A DNA stretch of 64,000 nt from Gammaproteobacteria bacterium (GTDB lineage: Bacteria > Pseudomonadota > Gammaproteobacteria > GCA-001735895). The stretch lies in contig JBNKUM010000008.1 in assembly GCA_050298595.1 (NCBI GenBank), positions 160,001 through 224,000 of the forward strand. The letters run 5' to 3'. A program made the position numbers and the translations under genes. Below, piece by piece: positions 31,621-41,125 of the stretch. Position 1 is the stretch's first letter, and every line of letters begins with the position of its first letter. The notes beneath the pieces were generated by a model. That model searched no databases, was not told the DNA's origin, and saw nothing but the letters and a program-made list of their open reading frames with translations.

Positions 31621-31653
31621 TGACATGAATGTCAATATTTGACAAAAATGTCA
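31621..31653. promoter_or_regulatory. Putative PilR upstream activator sites: two TGACA-N4-TGTCA palindromes
   Basis: TGACAtgaaTGTCA (31621-31634) and TGACAaaaaTGTCA (31640-31653), about 100 bp upstream of the sigma54 promoter. Confidence 0.7.
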
Positions 31654-31753
31654 AATATTCGCTTTTTTTGTAATACCGAACAGTCTTCATACAAACAAAC
31701 CAAAATCAAATAACTCATTGTTTTAACAGCGTTATTCAAAATAAAATCGACTT

Positions 31754-31769
31754 TGGCACAGCATCTGCT
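31754..31769 (+). promoter_or_regulatory. Sigma54 (-24/-12) promoter of pilA
   Basis: TGGCACAGCATCTGCT, with GG and GC correctly spaced. Confidence 0.85.
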
Positions 31770-31846
31770 ATACCTAAGACATGAATCGGCTGTCCCGCTT
31801 CTGGCAAGCTAAGGCTTAACCTTTTAATTTAATAGAGGAAACAATC

Positions 31847-32251
31847 ATGAGAAAACAACAATCTGGTTTTACATTGATCGAATTAATGATCGTTGTAGCG
31901 ATAATTGGTATTTTGGCAGCTATAGCACTCCCCGCATATACTGACTACACCATCCGCGCCAAGGTTTCTGAAGGTGTCGTTCAGGCTAGTGGAGCTAAAT
32001 CTACTATTGCAGAAAATATGGCTAATGCTCAAGCGCCTTGTGCTGGCGTCAACACTGGCACTATTGGAATGACTACTCTTTCATGCACTTCCACCGCTAA
32101 CACTGGAACAATCGGCGTCAGCGTATCTACTGGTATCAACTCCACGACTGTAACATTTGATCTAGTAGGCACAAGCAGTTCAAACGGCACTACATGGAAT
32201 TGTACTAACCCCAGCGACGCTAAATATGTACCTGCTGAATGTCGCTCATAA
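31847..32251 (+). CDS. pilA: Type IVa major pilin
   Basis: [27 protein letters not shown]; four Cys; ends ...PAECRS. Confidence 0.96.
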   Translation: MRKQQSGFTLIELMIVVAIIGILAAIALPAYTDYTIRAKVSEGVVQASGAKSTIAENMANAQAPCAGVNTGTIGMTTLSCTSTANTGTIGVSVSTGINSTTVTFDLVGTSSSNGTTWNCTNPSDAKYVPAECRS

Positions 32252-32281
32252 TTTCGCCTAAATAAATTATTGAGTATTACT

Positions 32282-32317
32282 AACCTGATGATCTTCATAG
32301 ATCATCAGGTTTTTTTA
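32282..32317 (+). terminator. pilA rho-independent terminator
   Basis: AACCTGATGATCT-TCAT-AGATCATCAGGTT followed by a T run. Confidence 0.9.
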
Positions 32318-32320
32318 TGA

Positions 32321-34333
32321 TTGGGTATAATAGTTTTGACCGAATCAACAAAACCTGACTCCTCTGGTAAAATTCATTTTGCTTTCTGGTCTCTATTATT
32401 TAGCCTATTACAGATTGCGCTAAAATTTTCAAATCAGGGAGAGAACCTTTTTTCCATTCAGGTAATTCAACAATTATTTGAATGGCTAAGTCCTTCTCCA
32501 GCACTACGTTCACATATCTATATATACGCAATTACATTTGTGAGTATATATACCACCTTCTATCTTCTTGCTTTTTTTATATATCGAAGATTCACTCTTT
32601 TTTATCCCGGATTTTTAAAAGCCCCTGGCATTATCCTATTCCACCTATGGGTATTTTTAGTAATCAATTTCATCAATTACTATATTTTTCCAGACTCTAT
32701 TATTTCCTGGGTTTTCGAGCCTATATATGCTAACCCAACAAGTTACGTAACTTTTTCACTACTCACTGCAGCACTATTAATCATCTCAATATTTTCCATT
32801 TTAGATTTAATCATTACTCAACTGAAAAAAAGGCAGTCTAGAAATATTGCAATCGTAACCAGCTCATCGATATTTATCATACTAAGCTCTATATATTTTA
32901 TAAATAACAGTCATTCAAATAGTCGATTACTGCATGACAAACCTAATATTATTCTCATAGGTATAGATTCGCTACGCCCAGATATTATTGACCAAAATTT
33001 AACTCCAACCCTTAATAATTTTTCTTCTAATGCTTTATATTTTGCCAATGCCTATACAACTCTAGGCCGAACGTTCCCTGCCTGGATGAGCATTCTTACA
33101 GGCAAATACCCAGTTCATCACAGCGCAAGATTTAATCTTACTCACATCAATAATGATATTTTATTAAACTCTCTGGCATATGATTTAAAAAAAAATGGTT
33201 ATACGACTTTTTACGCGAGTGATGAAAAACGCTTTTCAAATATTGATCATTCTTTTGGATTTGATTATTTAGGAGGGCCGGAATCAGGGTTAAACGATTT
33301 CATAATTAGTAGTGTTTCAGATATTCCTCTAATTAATTTTATAAGAGAAACCCCTCTTGGTCATTATCTTTTACCTCACAGCTACGACAACCGCGCTATT
33401 GATACTATTTACAATCCAGAAAATTTTGATAAGACACTCAACAATCAACTTAAAGAATTACCAGATACTCCCGCATTCATTTCTGTACATTTTTGTCTTC
33501 CTCACTGGCCGTATAATTGGTCCGGTAGTAGAGATTATAAGATGATTGAACCATCTACACATCAAAAGGGAATGCCACAAAACTATTTAAAAGCCGTTAA
33601 TCGGGCCGATGATCAATTTAAGGTCTTTTTGAATCAACTGGCAGAAAACGATTTTCTGAAAAATGCGATCGTCTTTATATTCTCTGATCACGGTGAAGGC
33701 TTTGCCAAAGGTGAAAGAATTATTAATTATTCTAGTGAAGGCGATGAGTTCATTTCTGGTAACCAAATAGGGCATGGGGGAAGCCTGGATAATCCTGATG
33801 ACTCCAGAATACTTTTAATGCTAAGAAGATATGGGGAAAATAAAACAATACCCTCTCTTTTGACTCAACCAGCATCGTTAATCGATATTCGACCTACAAT
33901 TCTTGACCTCTTGAGTATTAAAACCGAAGATGAAATTGACGGGGTATCATTGATCAAATTGAACAAAAAGGAACGTCTCAAAAGACCTCTATACTTTGAA
34001 ACAGGGATCAGAATACCTATACCCTCATCAGGAAAAATTGATAAAGTTAAAATCCTTAATTCAAATCTTCATTCTTACGATATCAGTCCAAACGATAGCA
34101 AACTTATACTAAAGGAAAGCATACTTCCCGGACTCATAAGACACAAAGAGCGCGCAGTGTTATATGGAACTGACTACCTCATCCAGAAATATAAATCAAA
34201 TGATAACGGTAAAACTATTGATTATTTTTTCTTAACCAACCACAAATATGCCGATAGCACAGATCTTAAAAAGTCCTTATGTAATCATTTTTCGAGAGAT
34301 ATAGACTTTTATGGAAATGCCTGTAATCAATAG
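32321..34333 (+). CDS. Membrane-anchored sulfatase/alkaline-phosphatase-fold protein, probable phospho-form transferase (start uncertain)
   Basis: About 5 N-terminal TM helices; PNIILIGIDSLRPD; GRTFPAWMSILTGKYP (Thr at the nucleophile position); HWPY; FSDHGE; GHG. Confidence 0.8.
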   Translation: MGIIVLTESTKPDSSGKIHFAFWSLLFSLLQIALKFSNQGENLFSIQVIQQLFEWLSPSPALRSHIYIYAITFVSIYTTFYLLAFFIYRRFTLFYPGFLKAPGIILFHLWVFLVINFINYYIFPDSIISWVFEPIYANPTSYVTFSLLTAALLIISIFSILDLIITQLKKRQSRNIAIVTSSSIFIILSSIYFINNSHSNSRLLHDKPNIILIGIDSLRPDIIDQNLTPTLNNFSSNALYFANAYTTLGRTFPAWMSILTGKYPVHHSARFNLTHINNDILLNSLAYDLKKNGYTTFYASDEKRFSNIDHSFGFDYLGGPESGLNDFIISSVSDIPLINFIRETPLGHYLLPHSYDNRAIDTIYNPENFDKTLNNQLKELPDTPAFISVHFCLPHWPYNWSGSRDYKMIEPSTHQKGMPQNYLKAVNRADDQFKVFLNQLAENDFLKNAIVFIFSDHGEGFAKGERIINYSSEGDEFISGNQIGHGGSLDNPDDSRILLMLRRYGENKTIPSLLTQPASLIDIRPTILDLLSIKTEDEIDGVSLIKLNKKERLKRPLYFETGIRIPIPSSGKIDKVKILNSNLHSYDISPNDSKLILKESILPGLIRHKERAVLYGTDYLIQKYKSNDNGKTIDYFFLTNHKYADSTDLKKSLCNHFSRDIDFYGNACNQ

Positions 34334-34372
34334 CCGTCTAAAATCTCCCAACACATAAATTCGAGAGGAAAA

Positions 34373-35794
34373 ATGGAATTATATAAATTTAGAAATATCT
34401 ATACCGCTCTTCTAGCTACACTGATTGTTATTATGTGGATCACAGGCAGGTGGACAGAGATACATCAAATAACTACCTTCTATATTGAACTGATTATAGT
34501 AACTGTTTATATTTCAAGGCTACCGATTAATCATTCAATACTATCCATAGCTCGCCAGCACAAACCGTTTCTGCTACTACTTCTCGTTTTTATTATTTTC
34601 TATATAAAGATGATTTTAAATCTCAGAACAGATACCTTGCTATACATTTTATTACTAATTTACAGTCTTTTTTTTATAAATTATTCAAACTACTTTAAAC
34701 AACCACATGTCCTTTTTATCTCTTGTTTCTTAATCCTAATATCGATTTCATTTTTCTTTTCTCCACTTGAATTATCTGGCCAATTCTTAGCACAGCACAG
34801 GTATGAACAAACCATATTACACGCCATAGTTTTTTTAATATTAATTGAAGAATTTCAAAATAATGCACTAAACCCAAGTATAATTCTTTCAACAATAATC
34901 ATATCGATGTTCTTTATTACCCTTGCATATATCTTCTATTATGTCACAGCCTCTACTCCCCCTACTGATTATCAATGGTGGAGACAACCTCCCTGTTGTT
35001 TTTATCATCCCCGTCACTACGGATATACGGCCACTGCTGCAACGGCTGTTCTGCTAGGCTTTATAGCTTCTTTAAAACAGCCTTTTAAAGGACCAGCTAT
35101 TCTCCTTTGGTTTTTATTAACCTTAAGCCTCACTACGTTAATATGGTTGGGAGGAAGAGCCTCAACTGGATCAATCATTTTAACAATGCTCGCCCTTTTA
35201 ACTTTAGTAATTCTATACGGCCAGAAAACTCAGAAAAAACCTTTTATTATTGGTCTTGTTGGTTCATTACTTGTGAGTATTGGGATAAGCGAGGTGATAA
35301 GTGTATTCCCCTGGAACGGTATTATGACTATGCTGGGAAGAACCGCTTCTGCTGAAAATCTGGAAAGCCTCTCCACTGGAAGATTACAGATATGGAAAGA
35401 AGCTCTACAAGCCTGGAAACAATCACCTTTACTTGGTCTGGGAAGCAATGCCTTTGCTTATATACCCAGAAGTAGCCAGTTTGCTAGTCAGCCTCATAGT
35501 ATGATTGTTCAATTTTTACTTGAGTATGGCGTATTTGGCATTGTTTTTTTAATTCTGATATATGCGATATTTGTAAAACAGGTTTTCTTGCGGTTATCTT
35601 ATGGCTTTACAAACATGCAATCATCCGTCTTGGCCGCAGTTAGCACAATTATAGCTTTAGGTATACATGGGCTTGTAGATGGGACATTGTTTTACCCACA
35701 ACCAGTATTTGCTCAAGTCATATGTTTTTCAATTTTATTGTCTGCTTCAAAGCAATGTATTCCAAAAGCTGATGACAAAGATCTCTGCATGTAA
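34373..35794 (+). CDS. O-antigen ligase/O-oligosaccharyltransferase-like (Wzy_C) membrane protein, copy 1
   Basis: Polytopic; GGRAS, STGRLQIW, PLLGLG, QPHSMIVQFLLEYGVFG. Confidence 0.85.
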   Translation: MELYKFRNIYTALLATLIVIMWITGRWTEIHQITTFYIELIIVTVYISRLPINHSILSIARQHKPFLLLLLVFIIFYIKMILNLRTDTLLYILLLIYSLFFINYSNYFKQPHVLFISCFLILISISFFFSPLELSGQFLAQHRYEQTILHAIVFLILIEEFQNNALNPSIILSTIIISMFFITLAYIFYYVTASTPPTDYQWWRQPPCCFYHPRHYGYTATAATAVLLGFIASLKQPFKGPAILLWFLLTLSLTTLIWLGGRASTGSIILTMLALLTLVILYGQKTQKKPFIIGLVGSLLVSIGISEVISVFPWNGIMTMLGRTASAENLESLSTGRLQIWKEALQAWKQSPLLGLGSNAFAYIPRSSQFASQPHSMIVQFLLEYGVFGIVFLILIYAIFVKQVFLRLSYGFTNMQSSVLAAVSTIIALGIHGLVDGTLFYPQPVFAQVICFSILLSASKQCIPKADDKDLCM

Positions 35795-36016
35795 AGCCCT
35801 CTTAATTACCAGGCCGAACTCAACGAATGTTTAAAAACAATGAAAAGATTAGAACTAAAGTTTATTATGCTACCGTCAGTAATATTTTAACTGCTATACA
35901 GAGCTATAAACAACATTATATATTTTCTAATGGTGAAGAATTCAGCAAATGCTTAAACTATAGAATATATGCACATGTTGTGTCATAGCATACTCATTAT
36001 TTTCTATCATATTTAA

Positions 36017-38143
36017 TTGACGCCAATGATCAAGCAATTAGAACTAAAAAAATTTGTCGTAGAAGCCAGCTTATTTACTCTTCTATGGCAATTATCTGCA
36101 GGAATATCCATGTATTTATGGAACCCGAAGATATTTGCTTCATTTTTACCTTATCTTTTTTATACTAAATTGCTTGCGCAAGAATTATTATTTATTGCTC
36201 TGTTTAGCTTTTTAACCTTCCTTATACTGAGAATCTTTTTTTCTTTTGTTTTCTTTTTCAATGCAAAACTAAGTTTCTTTTTCTGTATACTGGCATATGC
36301 GCTCATCGTCACCATTTATGTGTTCAGTTGGATGCAGTTTCTGACCTATGGCCGGTTCATCAACCTCTCCTCTATTGAGATGTTTGTATCTTCGCCATTT
36401 CAAATATTGGAACATGCAAATGATATCGTAGCAATATCGATTTATCGTATTGCCACAATACCAGTTTTAGTCATGATTGCTTTGTATCTATCAAAAAAAT
36501 ATGTGCTTGTTATTTTACCAAATAAAGCCCTATATTCTTATTTTCTGTTACTCAACATTATCTGTGCCTTAATTAATGTCGTACATCTAGATAGTACACC
36601 TTATACACGGACCTACATTAAGGGAGATAATTTGCTTATATCAACTGCAGATCTCATGCGTAAGCTAAGGATAAGTGCAGCGAGTCCTTTTATTACAATC
36701 AAAGAATCAACGATCAATCTACTTACCTCAAATCCTACCTGGCAAGCGGGAGAAAATGTCAAATTCACAGACATTCTTCCACCTGGAAATACAAAAGGCT
36801 TGTTGCGTGAATCAAACTTGAAGAATTGGGATGTAATTATTATGGAGATTGAATCACTTAATCCACAGGTATTTTCCGCGATAAACCCAAATCTTCAAGA
36901 GAGTATTATGCCTACAGTTGACTCTATTGCGGCCAACTCCCAATTATTTACCAAGGTATACGCTCAATCAAGCCACTCTAGTTATGCCGACCTTGTTCCT
37001 CTGTCCTCTCAATATCCATTGCGTTCAATGAGTACTTATATCTATCCAGCAAATATTACCTATCCAAAGATCATGATTTATGATGTGTTAAGTGAGTTTG
37101 GTTATAAAACAGCCATTATTTCTTCTCAAAATGAAGAGTGGCAAGGAATGAATAATTATCTTAGATCACCAAACCTGGATGTTTTTATCCATGCCGGAAA
37201 CTATCAGGAGATGCTCAGCAAGAACAAGTTGGTCATTGATAATATCAATACACATGAAATGGAGCCAGACGCTCTTGTATCCTTTGCTGGCAAACTAGCA
37301 GACAGTTCTACCATTTCTATCATTAATAGCTGGGTAAGCTCTCTTAAAAAAGAGCAGCATTATTTCCTGTATACTAATTTACAAAATTCACATAATCCAT
37401 TCTACTCACCGGCAGATAGAGAGCCGCGTTTTTTTAAGTCAAAGGAAGAGGAGGAAAAAACACGTCAAAGATTAACTCATGGCACACAAAATTTTGGTGA
37501 TTTTAAAAATTTATACAACGAATCATTAAGCGGTATTGACGAACAGATTCAAGTACTTGTAGAGCATTTGAAAAACCTTGGTCGCTGGAATAACACTTTA
37601 TTAGTTATTACCGCTGACACATCTACACACTTTAGTGAATCCATTGTTGGTAATGGGGCAGGACTGTTTGAAGATGTGCTACATGTACCATTAATTATTA
37701 AAGTGCCGGGTGAACAGGGAAAAAATGATACCCGGCTTATGCAGCATCTGGATATTACACCAACTGTTCTGGGATACATGGGTATGAATGAACACCCTGG
37801 ATTTCAGGGTAAAGATTTTTCTGACGACAAAAACTGTAATCCATACTCATTTGCAGTCGCTCAAACGCCGCTGGCATCTCAATATTCTATTATTTCTGAT
37901 GAAGGCTTGCAGCTTGTCTTTGATGTTGAGACTAAAGAGGTATTGACGAAAACTTTAAATGATAGTGACAGCCCAAGCAACCTGATTTCTGATGAAAAAA
38001 AATTAGACGATAAAAAACAAGAGATATTGATTTCAGCACTTAACACCTGGGTAGCTGGGCAGATAAGTTATTATAATAATGGTGTATTAATGACTTCAAA
38101 ATACCCCCCCAAATTTAGTTTTAGCTCCGCATCATGCAATTAG
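36017..38143 (+). CDS. Second membrane-anchored sulfatase-fold (LtaS-like) protein
   Basis: About 5 TM helices; DVIIMEIESL; QSSHSSYA (Ser at the nucleophile position); SHNPF; ITADTS; HVPLIIKVP; HLDITPTVL. Confidence 0.78.
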   Translation: MTPMIKQLELKKFVVEASLFTLLWQLSAGISMYLWNPKIFASFLPYLFYTKLLAQELLFIALFSFLTFLILRIFFSFVFFFNAKLSFFFCILAYALIVTIYVFSWMQFLTYGRFINLSSIEMFVSSPFQILEHANDIVAISIYRIATIPVLVMIALYLSKKYVLVILPNKALYSYFLLLNIICALINVVHLDSTPYTRTYIKGDNLLISTADLMRKLRISAASPFITIKESTINLLTSNPTWQAGENVKFTDILPPGNTKGLLRESNLKNWDVIIMEIESLNPQVFSAINPNLQESIMPTVDSIAANSQLFTKVYAQSSHSSYADLVPLSSQYPLRSMSTYIYPANITYPKIMIYDVLSEFGYKTAIISSQNEEWQGMNNYLRSPNLDVFIHAGNYQEMLSKNKLVIDNINTHEMEPDALVSFAGKLADSSTISIINSWVSSLKKEQHYFLYTNLQNSHNPFYSPADREPRFFKSKEEEEKTRQRLTHGTQNFGDFKNLYNESLSGIDEQIQVLVEHLKNLGRWNNTLLVITADTSTHFSESIVGNGAGLFEDVLHVPLIIKVPGEQGKNDTRLMQHLDITPTVLGYMGMNEHPGFQGKDFSDDKNCNPYSFAVAQTPLASQYSIISDEGLQLVFDVETKEVLTKTLNDSDSPSNLISDEKKLDDKKQEILISALNTWVAGQISYYNNGVLMTSKYPPKFSFSSASCN

Positions 38144-38634
38144 AGTTGCTACTAAACCGCATGGCTAAATAGTGCCTGAACGAGAACACAGTTAGTTTGA
38201 AATTCTAAATATTTCAACTGAAAAACTTAAGGTGAATGTATCGTTCGAACTTTCAGTTCATATAATCCATGCATTTATCCAGTCCATTACATTCAGGCGT
38301 TAGTGCCAGACTCTGGCTGTCGAATGTTACTTTTTTCTGTTCCTGAATTTCAGACTGTTTTCTTGCAGCCCCCCTTCCTGGTCAGCACAATTTATTCGAG
38401 TAGAACGCACAGCCCAAGCTGATTTTTGGGAGAGTGAAAGCCTTTGTCAAGGCTGAAGTCTATTAACTCTGGATATTTATTCCCAGGCTTCTCTGACCAT
38501 ATCTCGAGCAGCCTGATTATCCATTTAATTTTGCACTAACCGGAAGCGCAGGATGTCAAGTAACTATTCGAAGCTCACAATGTAAAAAAGATATTGGCGA
38601 GTTAATTAAAAATCTCAGTATACTTTTAAGCAAC

Positions 38635-38668
38635 ATCCTCGAAGTAACAATATCCTCGAAGTAACAAT
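38635..38668. repeat. Perfect 17-bp tandem duplication
   Basis: ATCCTCGAAGTAACAAT x2. Confidence 0.9.
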
Positions 38669-38817
38669 GCTAGTGAAAGCCTCACAATATATTCATCTAA
38701 GTAAAAATCCAGCAATATCAACTATGAAGAACACATGTATTCAGTGCGTATAAAAACTCTTCAGATATTGCTTTTTACATCTCAAAATCGTGTAATAAAC
38801 GGGTAGAATAATAACCT

Positions 38818-40233
38818 ATGGAGCTGTGCAAAATAAGGAGCATATACAGGGCGTTACTCCCTTTTCTTATTGTGATAATATGGATATCAGGAAGATGGAC
38901 CGAAACCTACCAGATAACTACTTTCTATATTGAGCTTATTATAGTAACTGCCTATATATCCTCTCTTCCTATTAATCAGACAGTACTATCAATGATACAA
39001 AATCATAAGATAGTATTTTTCCTTCTTCTTGCATTTTTTATCTTTTATATAAAGATCGTTCTGTACCTTAAGACTGAAATTCTTTTATATACTTTATTAT
39101 TGGTCTACGGACTGTTTTTTGTAAACTTTCAACCCAGAATTAAATCACTTCGCTCAGCCTTCTTTGTTTTTTTTATATTATCCATATCAATATCATTTTT
39201 CTTTTCACCACTTGAGTCATCTGGTCGGTACTATTCTCAATTTAGATTTGAACAGACGATACTACACGCAATAGTTTTTTTGGTGCTAGTCAAGGAGTTT
39301 CAAAGAAAAGCCTTGGACCCAAATATACTTCTCTCAACACTTATAATATCCCTCTTATTTATTTTCATTGAGTACACTTTCTATTATGTAACAGCAACCA
39401 CAACACCCTCAGGTACGCAATGGTGGAGATACCCGCCTTGTTGTTTTTATCACACTCGACATTTTGGATACCTTGGTACAGCAGCAGCTGCAGTACTCCT
39501 CGGATTTATCTGTTCACTGAAAGCAACTTTCTCAAGACAGGCTACACCACTATGGATATTGCTAACGATTACTCTGGCTGCTTTGATATGGTCTGGTGGA
39601 AGAGCTGCCACAGGCTCGATCATATTGACTATGATCACTCTACTAATCCTGGCATTTTTCACCGGCTCTAAAACACAGATAAAATCAATTACTATCGGTT
39701 TTTTAGGATCATTCCTGCTGGCTATCCTAATTAGTGAGCAGCTTATTGTTTTCCCCTGGAATGGAATAATGTCCATGATAGGAAGAACATCTACTGCTGA
39801 CAACCTTAATGCCATATCAAGTAATCGATTATTTGTCTGGAAAGAAGCACTGCAAGCCTGGTGGCAATCCCCCATTTTGGGCCTTGGAAGTGATGCCTAT
39901 GCTTATATACCCAAACAAAACTCATGGCTGACCCAACCTCACAGCATGATTATACAATTTCTTCTGGAATGGGGTTTGTTCGGCATTATATTTTTGGTCA
40001 TGATATATACAACGTTTATTAAAAGCGTAATCACGTATAGATCAAATGACCTTGCTAATATCCCAGCACCAGTACTAGCTGCAGCTAGTACAATTTTTGC
40101 ACTTGCTATACATGGAATTGTGGATGGCACCTGGTATTACCCTCAACCAGTATTTACTCAAATCTTATGCCTATCGATATTAATAGGGTCATTAAGTACA
40201 AGCTTACCGAATAATCAGAATAATATAATTTGA
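38818..40233 (+). CDS. O-antigen ligase/O-oligosaccharyltransferase-like (Wzy_C) membrane protein, copy 2
   Basis: GGRAA, SSNRLFVW, PILGLG, QPHSMIIQFLLEWGLFG. 41 of the first 53 residues are identical to copy 1. Confidence 0.85.
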   Translation: MELCKIRSIYRALLPFLIVIIWISGRWTETYQITTFYIELIIVTAYISSLPINQTVLSMIQNHKIVFFLLLAFFIFYIKIVLYLKTEILLYTLLLVYGLFFVNFQPRIKSLRSAFFVFFILSISISFFFSPLESSGRYYSQFRFEQTILHAIVFLVLVKEFQRKALDPNILLSTLIISLLFIFIEYTFYYVTATTTPSGTQWWRYPPCCFYHTRHFGYLGTAAAAVLLGFICSLKATFSRQATPLWILLTITLAALIWSGGRAATGSIILTMITLLILAFFTGSKTQIKSITIGFLGSFLLAILISEQLIVFPWNGIMSMIGRTSTADNLNAISSNRLFVWKEALQAWWQSPILGLGSDAYAYIPKQNSWLTQPHSMIIQFLLEWGLFGIIFLVMIYTTFIKSVITYRSNDLANIPAPVLAAASTIFALAIHGIVDGTWYYPQPVFTQILCLSILIGSLSTSLPNNQNNII

Positions 40234-40269
40234 CCTACTACTGACTATATATATCCAGCTGTAAAGAAT

Positions 40270-40895
40270 ACAGAATCCACGTTCTAAGAACGTGGATTTT
40301 GTTTCGCCCTGGAAGGGCGTATATACCGAAACCTCTTAGAAGACTCGCTCCGTCATCGCCGTAAGTCAATTTCAGTCGAAATCTAACTCAGGATTTCTCT
40401 TAAACTTTTCCTGGTATTTCACATATTTAGGGATCATTTCGGCATCTACCCCTACAGTATTGACACAATACCCTTGGCCCAGAAATGATTGCCCCAACTG
40501 GGCTTTTCCTTAAAATAGGGAAATTGCTTGAATACCTGAATTGCTGTCCTTCCTTTTACCACACCCATCAGTTCCGATATGAACATTTTTGGTGGGACCT
40601 TGACCAAGTAAGTGGATATGGTCCTCCTGTACATTTAATTCGATAACCTCACACCTCTCCCTTTTTGTATACACTCTGAGATGGTTTTCATTACTTCGAA
40701 ACCAATCCAATCTTTTAACACCGGATAACGGTATTTTTGGCACCCAAACAATATAATACTGACAATGCCATATCGCATGCGATAATTTACTGAATCTACT
40801 CATGCTTTTGCTCCTATCTAGTCTGTTGTGGCGACAAACTACAATTGGATGCATGATCGAACCAGCTCCACGTCGTCAGAACATGGTTTTATGGA
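40270..40895 (-). mobile_element. Degenerate IS200/IS605-family element (tnpA only); ends approximate
   Basis: Subterminal hairpins AATCCACGTTCT-A-AGAACGTGGATT (40274-40298) and CGCCCTGGAAGGGCG, an imperfect hairpin at ~40868-40886, and a Y1 transposase remnant between them. Confidence 0.8.
40372..40803 (-). pseudogene. tnpA: IS200-type Y1 (HUH) transposase with several frameshifts
   Basis: Stitched translation MSRFSKLSHAIWHCQYYIVWVPK / EDHIHLL / GVVKGRTAI...WGNHFWAKG / YCVNTVG...KYVKYQE spans different frames. Confidence 0.85.
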
Positions 40896-41125
40896 TTAAT
40901 AAAGTAATGTGACAAAATGATAAATAGTTACTTAATTCAAATTTAAATTGAGCTGTACTTCTTTACCCTGTATCTATTTAATTATTCAGAAATAATAGCA
41001 CCTTTATGAAAATATGTTTTTGAAATAGTAAGGCGAATTCAACTAAATTCCACAAAACATAAAAACTGTAATATACTCAGTAGTCTATAGTAGGTTCTTA
41101 TAAAAAAATTCAGCTTAACCAGGTC

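Noticed and set aside
38560-38690. CRISPR-like array
   Set aside because: Only two adjacent 17-bp copies without spacers, and no cas genes.
40452-40854. 60-aa and 114-aa ORFs as separate genes
   Set aside because: They are frameshifted pieces of one IS200 tnpA.
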